Source: Promethearchaeota archaeon (GTDB taxonomy: Archaea > Asgardarchaeota > Lokiarchaeia > Sigyniarchaeales > SOKP01). Taken from it: a DNA stretch of 64,000 bases. Numbering within the stretch: the stretch's first letter is position 1; every line of letters begins with the position of its first letter. Below, in pieces: positions 48,721-58,868 of this stretch. The stretch is from assembly GCA_016840165.1 (NCBI GenBank), contig JAEOSU010000070.1, forward strand, positions 1-64,000. Reading direction: 5' to 3'. The notes under the pieces were generated by a model, which saw nothing but the letters and a program-made list of their open reading frames with translations, was not told the DNA's origin and did no database searches. The translations under genes and the position numbers were made by a program.

Positions 48721-49242
48721 ATGATGGCAAAAAAAAATATAAAATTAGGGGATAAAGCCCCATTGTTTAAAAAAGATTCATTTAATGCAGGAGTCATTGA
48801 TTTAGGAAAATTGATAGGGGAAAAGAAAATAATACTAATTTTCTCCCGATATTTTGGTTGCCCTATATGTCAACTTGATTTTAACATACTTCTTGAAAAT
48901 CTCCAGGAGATTTACGAAAAGGGGGCAAAACTCTTATATATTACTCAATCGGGTGATAAAGTAGCAAATGAATATATCAAGAAATATCAAATTGATTTTC
49001 CTGTTATATCCTCTATAAAAGAGGATTTATATGCTGAGTACGGCTTAGGGATGATGAGTGTACGTACTTTTTCCAAAGTTCGCGGAAAATTAAAAGAAGC
49101 TAAATCACAAGGAATAGAACATGGTGATTATGAAGGATGGGAAAAACAAGAACCAGGGCAGTTTGTAATAGATGAGAAAGGTACAATTATCCATGCACAA
49201 ACAGGATGGTTATACCTTCCAGGAATATTTGAAGTATTATAA
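48721..49242 (+). CDS. AhpC/TSA peroxiredoxin-like (PRXL2-type) redoxin
   Basis: GDKAPLF, FSRYFGCPICQ and Q.PGQFVID motifs. Confidence 0.85.
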   Translation: MMAKKNIKLGDKAPLFKKDSFNAGVIDLGKLIGEKKIILIFSRYFGCPICQLDFNILLENLQEIYEKGAKLLYITQSGDKVANEYIKKYQIDFPVISSIKEDLYAEYGLGMMSVRTFSKVRGKLKEAKSQGIEHGDYEGWEKQEPGQFVIDEKGTIIHAQTGWLYLPGIFEVL

Positions 49243-49277
49243 ATAAAAATATTAAAGATTGATAGGAGCAATAAGAA

Positions 49278-49922
49278 ATGAGGGAGAACACAAAATATCA
49301 TGGTCATCTTTTTAATGGAAAAAGAGTTATTGATGAGATTCAGCCTTGGTTCGACTTTGGAACAGGAAAACCTTGGGATGATGCAGATATTCCTTGGGTT
49401 TTAGATAATAAAGTCCGTAGAGAGATTTTAATTATTCTTGCGAGTGGTCCTAAAAGCTTAAAAGAAATTCATGAAAAAACAAACTTTTCACCAAAACCAT
49501 TACTCATAGATACAGATCAATATACACCAACAGTACAGTATCAATGGAGTGAAGAAACAATTCAAAATCATTTGATGAATCTCGAATGGTATAAATTAAT
49601 AAAATCTGTTGATGATAAGTATGAATTAACGTTTCCAATTTTCAAATATCAAGATAGTAATCAATTAGATCAATATGCTCTTAAGTTCGCTGATTACTGG
49701 ATAAAAATTGTTTTAGATATGAAAAACGAATTCCAAAAATTTTATACCAACTTTGATCAACAACCAGAATTATTAGAGATTATTATTGATAAAGCTGTTA
49801 ATAAGCTTTATGAACTTTTGAAAGAACAAAAGATGCTTCCTAATGAATCTAATTTAAAAGCGTTATGGGCAGAACAAATTAGAGCTATCAAATTTGAAGA
49901 TTGGGTAAAAAAAGCGTTTTAA
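49278..49922 (+). CDS. ArsR-like winged-helix protein
   Basis: LDNKVRREILIILASGPKSLKEI..IQNHLMNLEWYKLI..KYEL pattern. Confidence 0.65.
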   Translation: MRENTKYHGHLFNGKRVIDEIQPWFDFGTGKPWDDADIPWVLDNKVRREILIILASGPKSLKEIHEKTNFSPKPLLIDTDQYTPTVQYQWSEETIQNHLMNLEWYKLIKSVDDKYELTFPIFKYQDSNQLDQYALKFADYWIKIVLDMKNEFQKFYTNFDQQPELLEIIIDKAVNKLYELLKEQKMLPNESNLKALWAEQIRAIKFEDWVKKAF

Positions 49923-50098
49923 AATTAAGTTTAATATAGAATTTTTTACATTTTCCTCTAATATTACCTGCATATCACTTAATTTCAAAAGAGAAACTCT
50001 TATGTTCTTATTATATATATGTGGATATTTCTCTACTATTATACACATATCCGCTTGTAGATTGAAGATTTCAAATAGTACTTAGGTATGAAATTATC

Positions 50099-50362
50099 AT
50101 GATAAGTTCTGATCTAAATGAATCGGAGTCAATTTTAAACTTAAAAGACTTATTTTATGAAATTGATGTTTCGGCAGAGATAAAGCAAAAGATTGAGAAT
50201 ATTCCAAGAAATTCAATTAACGAAAACATGAAATTGCTGCAGCAAATTCAATCAATCCTCCAAAAATGCGCCCATTTAACAGAAAAGCAAAAACTCTTAT
50301 ATTGTGAAAGCCAAAGATATTTTATGAAACTCTATCTACGTGATGTAAATCGTCAAAAATAA
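50099..50362 (+). CDS. Small hypothetical protein
   Basis: 87-aa helical ORF in an otherwise intergenic space. Confidence 0.55.
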   Translation: MISSDLNESESILNLKDLFYEIDVSAEIKQKIENIPRNSINENMKLLQQIQSILQKCAHLTEKQKLLYCESQRYFMKLYLRDVNRQK

Positions 50363-50410
50363 TTGTATTTTCTTCAATATTTCCTTTCTCTTTAAGTAAA
50401 AAACACTTTC

Positions 50411-52144
50411 TTATTGGTAGCGATTAATGATTTCCTTGATGACTAAAGCAATCAAATCTTTAGATTTTTTAATAGGATAAAAACTCATTTTCGTGAGTAA
50501 ATCTTTAAATTTGGCTTTAGGAATTTCAGAAGAACCAATGAAAAATCCTACAACATGGTGTCCTTGTTCTAATAATTTTAAAAATGTTTTTTTTGATGAA
50601 TTCCAGTTATATATTCCAAAATCTGTAATAATAAAGACTAAAACCTTCTGATTTGCTTTCTGACACTGTTTAGATATCTCATTAAGTGGCAACTGTGTTC
50701 CCCCTCCTTGATATCGCAATAAAATTTTTTCAGCATCTTTATAATTTGTGGTCCAATCACAAATATCGGCTTTATTAGAGAAATTAATTACACTAAATTT
50801 TATAGCTTTTTTAGCAACATAATGAAGAGCAGCAAAAGCAGCGATTAGTGCTGTATGATACGTTCCTTTCGGATGTTTAGATTTATAATTCCAATTCATA
50901 GAACCAGAAGAATCAAGTACAATTAGCAAATCCGGGATATCTTTTTCTCTCAAGCGGACTCCGCTTTCTCTTTTAATCCATTTCCTTGTGGTTATATTAG
51001 GAATAATGATAGGACTATTTAATAAGCTTTGAGTTATATCTAATGAGTCTATAGGATCCCCTAATCGCCAGGTTTCAGGGTAAATAGGCAACTCATCACC
51101 TTTTTGTTCTTCATAGATCTCAATTTCAATGAGATTTTTTGCTTGGCCTCGGTACCAAGTAGCTAAAGGATCTAAATTTAGAAGGATTCCTGCTTGATTT
51201 GCGGGGGCTCCGAATTCTGAATATGGAATCTCTTTTGCAAATTCCTCGGCTTTTTGTATCAGTTCATCTTCATTTTCGAATTTTAATTTATCAATATTCC
51301 TACTTTCAAGTGGATTGTCCATTATTTCAATAACATCTTCAGGTATATCTATTTCTAATCGTTCTTTTCCTGGGTGTTTTTTCCTAACAAAATGGTTCTT
51401 TTTCTTGAAGGTTTTACCCACTAAATTAAAATTTTCTACAATTAATGGTTTTAACAGTAAAGCAAGTTTAGATACCTTCTTTTCCCATAAAGATTCATCC
51501 TCGAATTTGGTGTTAATAATTTTTTCTGCTTTTTCCGCAAGTGAATTTAAGTTCTTAACAACTTGAGATTTAGCATCTATTATTCTAATACTTAGTAGCC
51601 TTTCATAAACTTGAAATAAAAAGAGAGAAAAAGTGCTTATATGGTTATCATTAGCGTCTAAAATATGTTTATAGGTTGTTTTTAATTCCCATGATATGAG
51701 TTGAGGATATCTTATATGTAATTTTTTATCAATAATCAAATCGGCAAATATATTAACTACTATTGGCGCAAAAACTTCATTAACGTGCTTCATTGCAGCA
51801 TTTAATAATTTTGCATTAATTAAACCATCATAGGGAATAATCTGATAATGCGATACCTCATGAAGAGTTATGGCATGAAAATAATTAATGTAATCATGAT
51901 TATCTGTAAATAAAGGTGAGTTTGCTAGATTCATAGTAATTTGCCATTTATGGGCGGGATCAATATAAAATCCTTCTTTATTGGAATATTCAAAGACATA
52001 ATTAGGTTCACTTAAAGGGGGATAATAAAGATCTCTCATCGTTTTATTCCATGCTTCTTGAGCAAATTGGAGGAGTCTTTTTTCTTTTATAGTTAATTTT
52101 AGTTCCTTTTTTTTTATAGAATCTGACTTCTTTATTTCTGACAT
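50411..52144 (-). CDS. vWA domain protein with N-terminal HExxH metallopeptidase-like domain
   Basis: ITLHEVSH and N..AD..ID motifs; MIDAS DSSGSM, GGT and ITD. Confidence 0.85.
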   Translation of the reverse strand: MSEIKKSDSIKKKELKLTIKEKRLLQFAQEAWNKTMRDLYYPPLSEPNYVFEYSNKEGFYIDPAHKWQITMNLANSPLFTDNHDYINYFHAITLHEVSHYQIIPYDGLINAKLLNAAMKHVNEVFAPIVVNIFADLIIDKKLHIRYPQLISWELKTTYKHILDANDNHISTFSLFLFQVYERLLSIRIIDAKSQVVKNLNSLAEKAEKIINTKFEDESLWEKKVSKLALLLKPLIVENFNLVGKTFKKKNHFVRKKHPGKERLEIDIPEDVIEIMDNPLESRNIDKLKFENEDELIQKAEEFAKEIPYSEFGAPANQAGILLNLDPLATWYRGQAKNLIEIEIYEEQKGDELPIYPETWRLGDPIDSLDITQSLLNSPIIIPNITTRKWIKRESGVRLREKDIPDLLIVLDSSGSMNWNYKSKHPKGTYHTALIAAFAALHYVAKKAIKFSVINFSNKADICDWTTNYKDAEKILLRYQGGGTQLPLNEISKQCQKANQKVLVFIITDFGIYNWNSSKKTFLKLLEQGHHVVGFFIGSSEIPKAKFKDLLTKMSFYPIKKSKDLIALVIKEIINRYQ

Positions 52145-52162
52145 ATTATAAGTTTAATTAAT

Positions 52163-53887
52163 TCACTCTTTTTGGATGTATTCTAAACTTTCTAAAAGTG
52201 AGCGTAATTTCAAGGCATCTGCACCACCAGAAACCTGAATATTTACTATTGAATCGTCTTTAATTCCAGTTACATTCGTCTCAATTAAAATTTGTTCTGC
52301 TCGAATCTGTTTTGTTTGCCTTTTGCTAAATGCTTGTTTTAATGGTTGATCTAAGTTAGGAAATTCAGCTGCAATTTCTACCCAAACTTCTTTGTGATAG
52401 GAATACTTAAAGGTGAAATCAGAAACCGTTTGTTTATAAAGCTCTTGGTCGCACCAATTAATCAAGTAAGCGCGGTTTGGAAATTCGAGATCATCAATTA
52501 AGTTACTCCTAATTTCGGATAAGCTTTCTATATCTCCACTCTTTACAGATTTATCTATTTTTTCAGCTAATTTAGCATATTTCTTTATTTTTAGCGACTT
52601 ACTGAAAGGCAGTAAGTCATAATTTACAATTAAATCATTTTTTGCATATTCATTTAATATCTCTAAATCTTTATCTTCTGAAGCTCCATCGCGAAAGCGA
52701 GTGGCAATTTCATAACAAGGAATGCGATTTACAAATCGTTTATTAATCATATCAATGATATGATGAGTAAAATCATACTTATTACCCCAGAATGGTGCTT
52801 TTTCCAATTCTCGGGATGAATAATTAACACGATGAGAAATAACATATGGTGCAATAGAATTTACGATATTTATGTCAACTTCATTGAGATTCAGCAGCCA
52901 TGCTAATGCTTTTGAATATCTCAGAAGGTCTTTAGCTACGCGTACACTTAAAATCGAATCAATTTTATTACACACACTTTGATTTGTGTTATAGTGACAA
53001 CCAGAACATAGACCAGAACTTGGTTTAAGATTTTCGGAGTTACCTTTATCTACTCGGGCACACAATGTGAATTCTCGAATTATCGCATGAATGTAATTAT
53101 TTACTTCAGATTTAAATCTCATTCGGTTTACGTAATACCAAATTTCCATTAATGCATCAATACTTAGAATTTCAGGGACTTCAATTAATTCATCATATCC
53201 GGAATATTTTTCATCTTTACCCCTAAGGATGAGAGATAAATCATTACTACTAGGCATTGAGATGGGAACTGAGATTCCGAATCGATCAAGAAAGGGTTGA
53301 GACAATTCAAAGGTCCCTACATCTTGAGGATTTATAGTAGAGTAAAGCGTATATTTTTCGATTGTAGCAACTGCATCATAATATTTTACTTTTCCTTCTG
53401 CCAATAAAGATAAGAGGATGTCCTGAGAGTAAGGTGTTAAACGATTTACCTCATCAATTATCTTCCAAAAACCCGTAACAAATTGCCTCCAGACTACTTC
53501 TTCTATACCATCTTTCATTAATTTTCCTAACTTTAAAGTACCAGTTAGCTTTTCTTCTGTAAGTTGGGGGTGCCCCCGAACTATTGAGTTTTCAATTTCA
53601 TCTAATCGCATACCAGTAAACATGCGACCTAATAACTTCACTAGAGTTGTTTTACCTCCTCCATGCCCCCCGACTAAAAGCATAGCTGAATTTGGAACTA
53701 GAGCGTTTAACACACATAAGGATAAGATTTCTGGTAATACTTTTTTGTTAGTTTTATTTTTCTTGTCATCATAATACTTAATTTCCAAGTTTTTCGAATG
53801 GACGAATAATTGATTTGCTTGAATAAGATTTAAAGTATTCCATACTTTTTTCCTTAATAACTCTTCCTCTCCTAGAGTCTTTATCAT
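52163..53887 (-). CDS. MoxR-family AAA+ ATPase
   Basis: GGHGGGKTT, IIDEVNRL and TINP.D.GTFELSQPFLDRF motifs. Confidence 0.88.
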   Translation of the reverse strand: MIKTLGEEELLRKKVWNTLNLIQANQLFVHSKNLEIKYYDDKKNKTNKKVLPEILSLCVLNALVPNSAMLLVGGHGGGKTTLVKLLGRMFTGMRLDEIENSIVRGHPQLTEEKLTGTLKLGKLMKDGIEEVVWRQFVTGFWKIIDEVNRLTPYSQDILLSLLAEGKVKYYDAVATIEKYTLYSTINPQDVGTFELSQPFLDRFGISVPISMPSSNDLSLILRGKDEKYSGYDELIEVPEILSIDALMEIWYYVNRMRFKSEVNNYIHAIIREFTLCARVDKGNSENLKPSSGLCSGCHYNTNQSVCNKIDSILSVRVAKDLLRYSKALAWLLNLNEVDINIVNSIAPYVISHRVNYSSRELEKAPFWGNKYDFTHHIIDMINKRFVNRIPCYEIATRFRDGASEDKDLEILNEYAKNDLIVNYDLLPFSKSLKIKKYAKLAEKIDKSVKSGDIESLSEIRSNLIDDLEFPNRAYLINWCDQELYKQTVSDFTFKYSYHKEVWVEIAAEFPNLDQPLKQAFSKRQTKQIRAEQILIETNVTGIKDDSIVNIQVSGGADALKLRSLLESLEYIQKE

Positions 53888-53991
53888 AACGATTCACTTT
53901 CAAAGATTTGTTTTATTATTTAAATTATACTATAATTCTATTTATACGATAGTATTACATCATTAATCGAGGGAGTAATTAAAATTAGTAG

Positions 53992-55572
53992 TTAAAAAAA
54001 GTATACTTTCCTTTTTTGTGGTATTATAATATTACTTGAGAGCCCAAATTCCTTGAAGGTTTCTGGATTTTCAGTATGGACGGGAATAATGCTATCAGGC
54101 TGAATTGATGATAATGTATGGATCAGATCATCAACATTAACATGACCAGAAGAATGGATAGTTTCTGTTTTAATAACTCCAAATTTATTTAACCATGCAT
54201 TTAATTTCTTTTCTTGGATGACCATCTCTTCATTAAACGGATCTGTAGTCGAATTAATAAATAAAATAGAATCTTTTCTCTGATCCAGGTCAATTAATTC
54301 ATTCATCATAAAATAATCTAAATACATTAGATATTTTTCTGGTTCTACCTTAATATTTTTGTGATTAATGTAATTTCCATCATTTAATATATTGCGTTCA
54401 TACTTCTTATAATCTTGCGACTCAAATCTGCCCCAACCTTTCCTTGGTAAATATACAGATAAATAATCATCATTATATTCCGGAATATCATAATTTTTAT
54501 AAAACTCATTAATTTCATTCTCCCCAAAGGTGGCAAGCTTCTTTTTAAACCATTCAAGATATATATGAATCTTTGGAGTAATAGCAAGGATTCTGTTGTT
54601 TTTTTTTGCTAATTCATAATATAATAAAATTCTATCAAGATTTCTTGATGGACAATTAAACAAAATTAAATCATCATGATGACCTATTAATTCTCCTGAA
54701 ATTCTCTTTACTTCATCTTCAGATTGGGAATCATCCTCAAAATCATCACTCTTATATTTATCTATAGAAGGGACTCTTGTTCCTTCACTAATAATGGCTA
54801 TTGGATTAGATTTTTTAGCGGCTATAATAAAATTTTCGACCCATTCTTGATGCATTCCGTGTCTTCTAAAATCTCCTGTATAAATAATGCTTCTCCCATC
54901 TTCTTCAATAATATAAGCGCAAGATCCTGGAATGGAATGATCAACTAAATATTGAGTAATGATTACTTTCCCATTAACAGTATTGAATGATTTTTGTTCT
55001 CCTGGGTTTATGATATTAATATTTCGTGTAATATCTTGCTTTTTATAATCACCTTTTCGAGCTCTTTTATATTCAATTTCGCCATTGGCTGTTTTCTTTT
55101 TAGGGACAAGTTTAAATGCTTCATAAAAATGTAGCATATTAGGTACCAATGGATTTGATGAAGACTCATCTAAATAGTCTAATATGGATTCTGTTAGCCA
55201 ATTAATATATATTGGTGTATTTTGTTTAAAAAAGCCTAAAAACATACAATGATCAAGATGAGCATGTGTTAAAAAAGAAGCATCAATTAAGTTGTCTTTT
55301 GAAGGAACTATATTATATTTTCCTTTCATTAATTTCTCTTTAAAGGGGTTAATAAAATCATTTCGATATATTTTATTAATCGCTGGGATGAGTCCGAGAT
55401 ATAAATAATCAATTATACCATTTAGCTTTCGTGGATTTAAGAAAGTTGAGAAGTATTGATTCATGTCACGAAATGATAATCCAAAGTCAAAACAAAATGT
55501 CTTTTCACCGCTTTTAATAAAGATTTTATTTCCTCCAATCTCATTGATGCCACCATAAAAGGAGATCTGCAT
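53992..55572 (-). CDS. MBL-fold hydrolase, RNase J-like beta-CASP family
   Basis: YGGINEIGGN, DFG, THAHLDH, VDHSIPG, YTGDFRRHG, EGT, HSSGH and PVHTE motifs. Confidence 0.85.
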   Translation of the reverse strand: MQISFYGGINEIGGNKIFIKSGEKTFCFDFGLSFRDMNQYFSTFLNPRKLNGIIDYLYLGLIPAINKIYRNDFINPFKEKLMKGKYNIVPSKDNLIDASFLTHAHLDHCMFLGFFKQNTPIYINWLTESILDYLDESSSNPLVPNMLHFYEAFKLVPKKKTANGEIEYKRARKGDYKKQDITRNINIINPGEQKSFNTVNGKVIITQYLVDHSIPGSCAYIIEEDGRSIIYTGDFRRHGMHQEWVENFIIAAKKSNPIAIISEGTRVPSIDKYKSDDFEDDSQSEDEVKRISGELIGHHDDLILFNCPSRNLDRILLYYELAKKNNRILAITPKIHIYLEWFKKKLATFGENEINEFYKNYDIPEYNDDYLSVYLPRKGWGRFESQDYKKYERNILNDGNYINHKNIKVEPEKYLMYLDYFMMNELIDLDQRKDSILFINSTTDPFNEEMVIQEKKLNAWLNKFGVIKTETIHSSGHVNVDDLIHTLSSIQPDSIIPVHTENPETFKEFGLSSNIIIPQKRKVYFF

Positions 55573-55684
55573 AAATATGGACCCAATAATTGAGTTTTTG
55601 ATTGAACGTAATTTTGTTCTTTCTTAATTAATTATTACTAATACCAATTTAAAAGTACATGGTTTACATCAAAAGAGATATTAA

Positions 55685-56872
55685 TTAAAATAAGAAAATT
55701 ATAACGTAAATTAGCAATAGGAAGATAAAACATAGAAGAGCAGGTACATAAAGAATTTTAATGACCTTCTTATAATTTGTTTTGTAATAATTAGTACTAT
55801 AGGCTACACATGGATGGATGGGAGTAATTAAGTATCCTAAAAAGATAGAACAATATAGGAAAATTAATTCCATTATAGGCATGGGAAATATTGCATATTG
55901 CACTAAATAAATTGGGATTAATATTGATAATGGAAGCTGGATGCGACCTGTTGCAAATCCCAGGAAAAATCCAATTAAGATAAATAGAAAAAAGGATAGA
56001 TTAAGACTACCGATTTCATTAGCTACACCTGATCTAATGAAAATCTCCAAAAACCAAAACATAGCAAAAATTAAGAGTGGAAATCTCCATATTTTCATTT
56101 TTTTTGCGATTTTACTAATTTTTCTTATTTTCATATTCGAAAATTTCAATCCGATTACTATACTTATACATAATCCGATAACTAAGAAAATTTCTGGCAC
56201 AATTTGAGGAAAAAATGTTCTCCCGATGAAATCTATAATAGGAGCAATGATAATGGGAAGAGAATTATGAAAAACTCTTTTTAAATCACGATGAAACACC
56301 TCTTCATAGCTATCAACCTTTCTTACTAATGTATAATACCCTATAAAGATCATAATAATAAATGGAGGAAGGAGAAAAATAAATAATGAGTAAAGCGATA
56401 TTCCTGTCAATACACTCGCAACTATCATCGCCGAAGATATTGGATAAATAAAAATTAGAACATGGCGAAACCATACGTTTATTGCTACTTTTTTATTTAC
56501 GTCTAATTCAGTATCGATTTGTTCGAGAATGGGAGCAGACATTAAAGCTCCTCCTGCAACCGGTAAAAGCCCAAAAAATGCTGGGATCAACATTATCGAT
56601 AACTTTTTTGAGAGATTCATCTTTTGAACCAATTCGAGCATCAATCCAGATTCTTCCATGATTCCCCCTAAAATTGGGATTAATATCACCGCAATTGCTA
56701 AAAAGATAATCGAAAGATCAGTAAATATTGAAACTAATGAAGCAAATATATCAATTTGGGTCAATATAGCAAAAGTAAAGGCCCCAATAGTTAATATAAT
56801 GCTTAATTCATATTTTGAAAATATTAAAATGCATAAAATAATAATTAAGAAACTTAACCAAGCAGGTATCAC
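55685..56872 (-). CDS. DUF401 family membrane protein
   Basis: PAFFGLLPVAGGALMSAP, NVWFRH and GYLITPIHPC motifs. Confidence 0.88.
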   Translation of the reverse strand: MIPAWLSFLIIILCILIFSKYELSIILTIGAFTFAILTQIDIFASLVSIFTDLSIIFLAIAVILIPILGGIMEESGLMLELVQKMNLSKKLSIMLIPAFFGLLPVAGGALMSAPILEQIDTELDVNKKVAINVWFRHVLIFIYPISSAMIVASVLTGISLYSLFIFLLPPFIIMIFIGYYTLVRKVDSYEEVFHRDLKRVFHNSLPIIIAPIIDFIGRTFFPQIVPEIFLVIGLCISIVIGLKFSNMKIRKISKIAKKMKIWRFPLLIFAMFWFLEIFIRSGVANEIGSLNLSFFLFILIGFFLGFATGRIQLPLSILIPIYLVQYAIFPMPIMELIFLYCSIFLGYLITPIHPCVAYSTNYYKTNYKKVIKILYVPALLCFIFLLLIYVIIFLF

Positions 56873-56977
56873 TATTGAAGTAATATTTAATACTATAAAA
56901 ATTAAATTTCTTAAAAATCAGAAAGCAATTAATCCCCTTTATCTTGGAAATTTTTACTAAATCTAAATTTTGTTAGT

Positions 56978-57334
56978 CTAAAAATAGCCAAGGTGTCCTA
57001 AATTCTTTCCATTCTCATCCAAGATATAGACTATACCAAGCGAAAGTATATTTTCTTCATCATCAGATTTTTTGGGTTTCGCTACCCTTTTTAGTGTCTC
57101 AAGTTTTAAAATATAGGTTCCGTTACATTTTTTACATTTGATATGAATCTTTTTGGTTGTCTTCTCCTCGTCCTCTGATTCTTCTATCTTAAAAGGCTCA
57201 AGTAAATTTACATCTTCATTATCACAATTGGGTAAAAAACATTGATCCAAGGATATTTTTTCCATTCCTCTTCGAGCTAGTGAAATATAAGCATAACTAG
57301 GAATTTCTTGCCTTAAATCATTATAATCATCCAT
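56978..57334 (-). CDS. Hypothetical Zn-binding protein
   Basis: CFLPNC and CKKC pairs; ends NLGHLGYF. Confidence 0.75.
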   Translation of the reverse strand: MDDYNDLRQEIPSYAYISLARRGMEKISLDQCFLPNCDNEDVNLLEPFKIEESEDEEKTTKKIHIKCKKCNGTYILKLETLKRVAKPKKSDDEENILSLGIVYILDENGKNLGHLGYF

Positions 57335-57475
57335 AGGTTAGAAAAAGGATGTGAGTTTTTAATTGTTATTATTATAAAAAAATATATAGAAGAATAGAAA
57401 CGTAAATATAAAAAAGCTTAATTGGAACAAATTACTATTTTTTTGATAGATATAACTACCCCAGTTAAGTAAAAG

Positions 57476-57784
57476 ATGAATAAAAAAGAACTATCTGAAG
57501 ACATATTGGATTACATTTCCAAATTAGCTCTTATAGAACTAAACGAGGAAGAGAAAGAAGAGTTCATTCTTCAATTAGAAAAGATACTACAGTATTTTAA
57601 GCAGTTAAATGATCTGAATACGGATAACGTTGAACCTACCAGACATCCAATTGATGACTTAAATAATGTTTTTCGTGAAGATGTCGCTGGGGAATCACTT
57701 TCTACTGAAGAAGCTTTGAAAAATGCGAAATACAGCAAGGATGGGTATTTTAAAGCCCCTAGAGTGTTAAAAGATAAAAGTTAA
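57476..57784 (+). CDS. gatC: Asp/Glu-tRNA amidotransferase subunit C
   Basis: ISKLALIEL, LNTDNVEPT.HP, NVFRED and ALKNA...DGYFKAPRV motifs. Confidence 0.92.
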   Translation: MNKKELSEDILDYISKLALIELNEEEKEEFILQLEKILQYFKQLNDLNTDNVEPTRHPIDDLNNVFREDVAGESLSTEEALKNAKYSKDGYFKAPRVLKDKS

Positions 57785-58779
57785 TCAGCATATTCCTTAT
57801 TTAATAATTCAATGGCTTTTTCCATATCTTTTAACGCCTTCTTTCTTTCTTTAGGAGTCATGTTATAAAAATCTTCTTCTAAATCAGTCCCTATTTTTTG
57901 GGATTCAGCTATCGGTTTAAACTTTTTATAAACTAAAGCATTAATATATCGTTCATAATGTCCCAATGCTTTATTGAGTTCAGGGTTATCTTTGATATTA
58001 TCCCATAATTCTAACGTCTCTAATGACCGTATACCTATATCAATTCGGAACCAAGAAATTGGAAATAATAATTTCTTTTTAATTCCATATTCTATAATTT
58101 TTATATTTTCCTCATCGATATACATCTCAGCAATCTCATCCTTACTGAAAACAATATTATCACTCATAATGTAAAGATTTGCTGCATTTCTGGAAGTACA
58201 TACAATCCCAACCGCAAATCCTTTTGCTAATCTAAGTTTATTAATTAAGTCCTCAAGTTGAGACCCTTTTATGTGTACATTGTTTTTTTTAGTGCCTTGG
58301 AACTCAATCTTTATTTTACTTATACCTTCTTGATCTAGGATCTTTGGAAAAAGCTCTTTTTCTCTTGATCGTTTATGAGCATCCAATAATTTATTGATAA
58401 TTGAATAATCCAGTTTTAATTCAGGAATCACCGTATGCTTTTCATCCATAAATGCATCCACTTCAAAATCGACAACTCCATAGAAAATTTTGCGGTTGTT
58501 AATTATTTGATATATAGTTTTTACGATGACATCTACAAGAGCTTCGGGATCTTCACGAATGGAATCAAACTCAGTAGTCATAAATGTGTCTATTTGATCC
58601 TCTAGTCCCTCCTCTTCATAAAACGCAGCCCAAGACATTTCGGTGTAAATATTTCCTTCATTAAAAAAATTATGATCTCTATCAATACTTATTATCGATT
58701 TTGAGCCACCAATTTCTACCCCTTTTTTTGTACCGGATGCTAAAATTGCAGAAGGAGGATTAAAGAATTCTATCGACAC
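57781..58779 (-). CDS. Hypothetical protein
   Basis: 332-aa ORF whose stop overlaps the gatC stop (shared TTAA). Confidence 0.8.
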   Translation of the reverse strand: MSIEFFNPPSAILASGTKKGVEIGGSKSIISIDRDHNFFNEGNIYTEMSWAAFYEEEGLEDQIDTFMTTEFDSIREDPEALVDVIVKTIYQIINNRKIFYGVVDFEVDAFMDEKHTVIPELKLDYSIINKLLDAHKRSREKELFPKILDQEGISKIKIEFQGTKKNNVHIKGSQLEDLINKLRLAKGFAVGIVCTSRNAANLYIMSDNIVFSKDEIAEMYIDEENIKIIEYGIKKKLLFPISWFRIDIGIRSLETLELWDNIKDNPELNKALGHYERYINALVYKKFKPIAESQKIGTDLEEDFYNMTPKERKKALKDMEKAIELLNKEYAD

Positions 58780-58868
58780 AATATATTCACGATCAAGTTT
58801 ATTAATTAATAGTAGATTCTCATTTTAAATTTAGAGTTTTTGATTAATGCACATAAATTAGAGAATGC

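Noticed and set aside
48721-49242. Possible selenoprotein peroxiredoxin-like gene
   Set aside because: The active site is CPIC encoded by TGC/TGT, there is no in-frame TGA, and the gene ends in TAA.
49863-50048. 61-aa minus-strand ORF
   Set aside because: It overlaps the 3' end of the wHTH gene, has no motif, and lies in AT-rich intergenic sequence.
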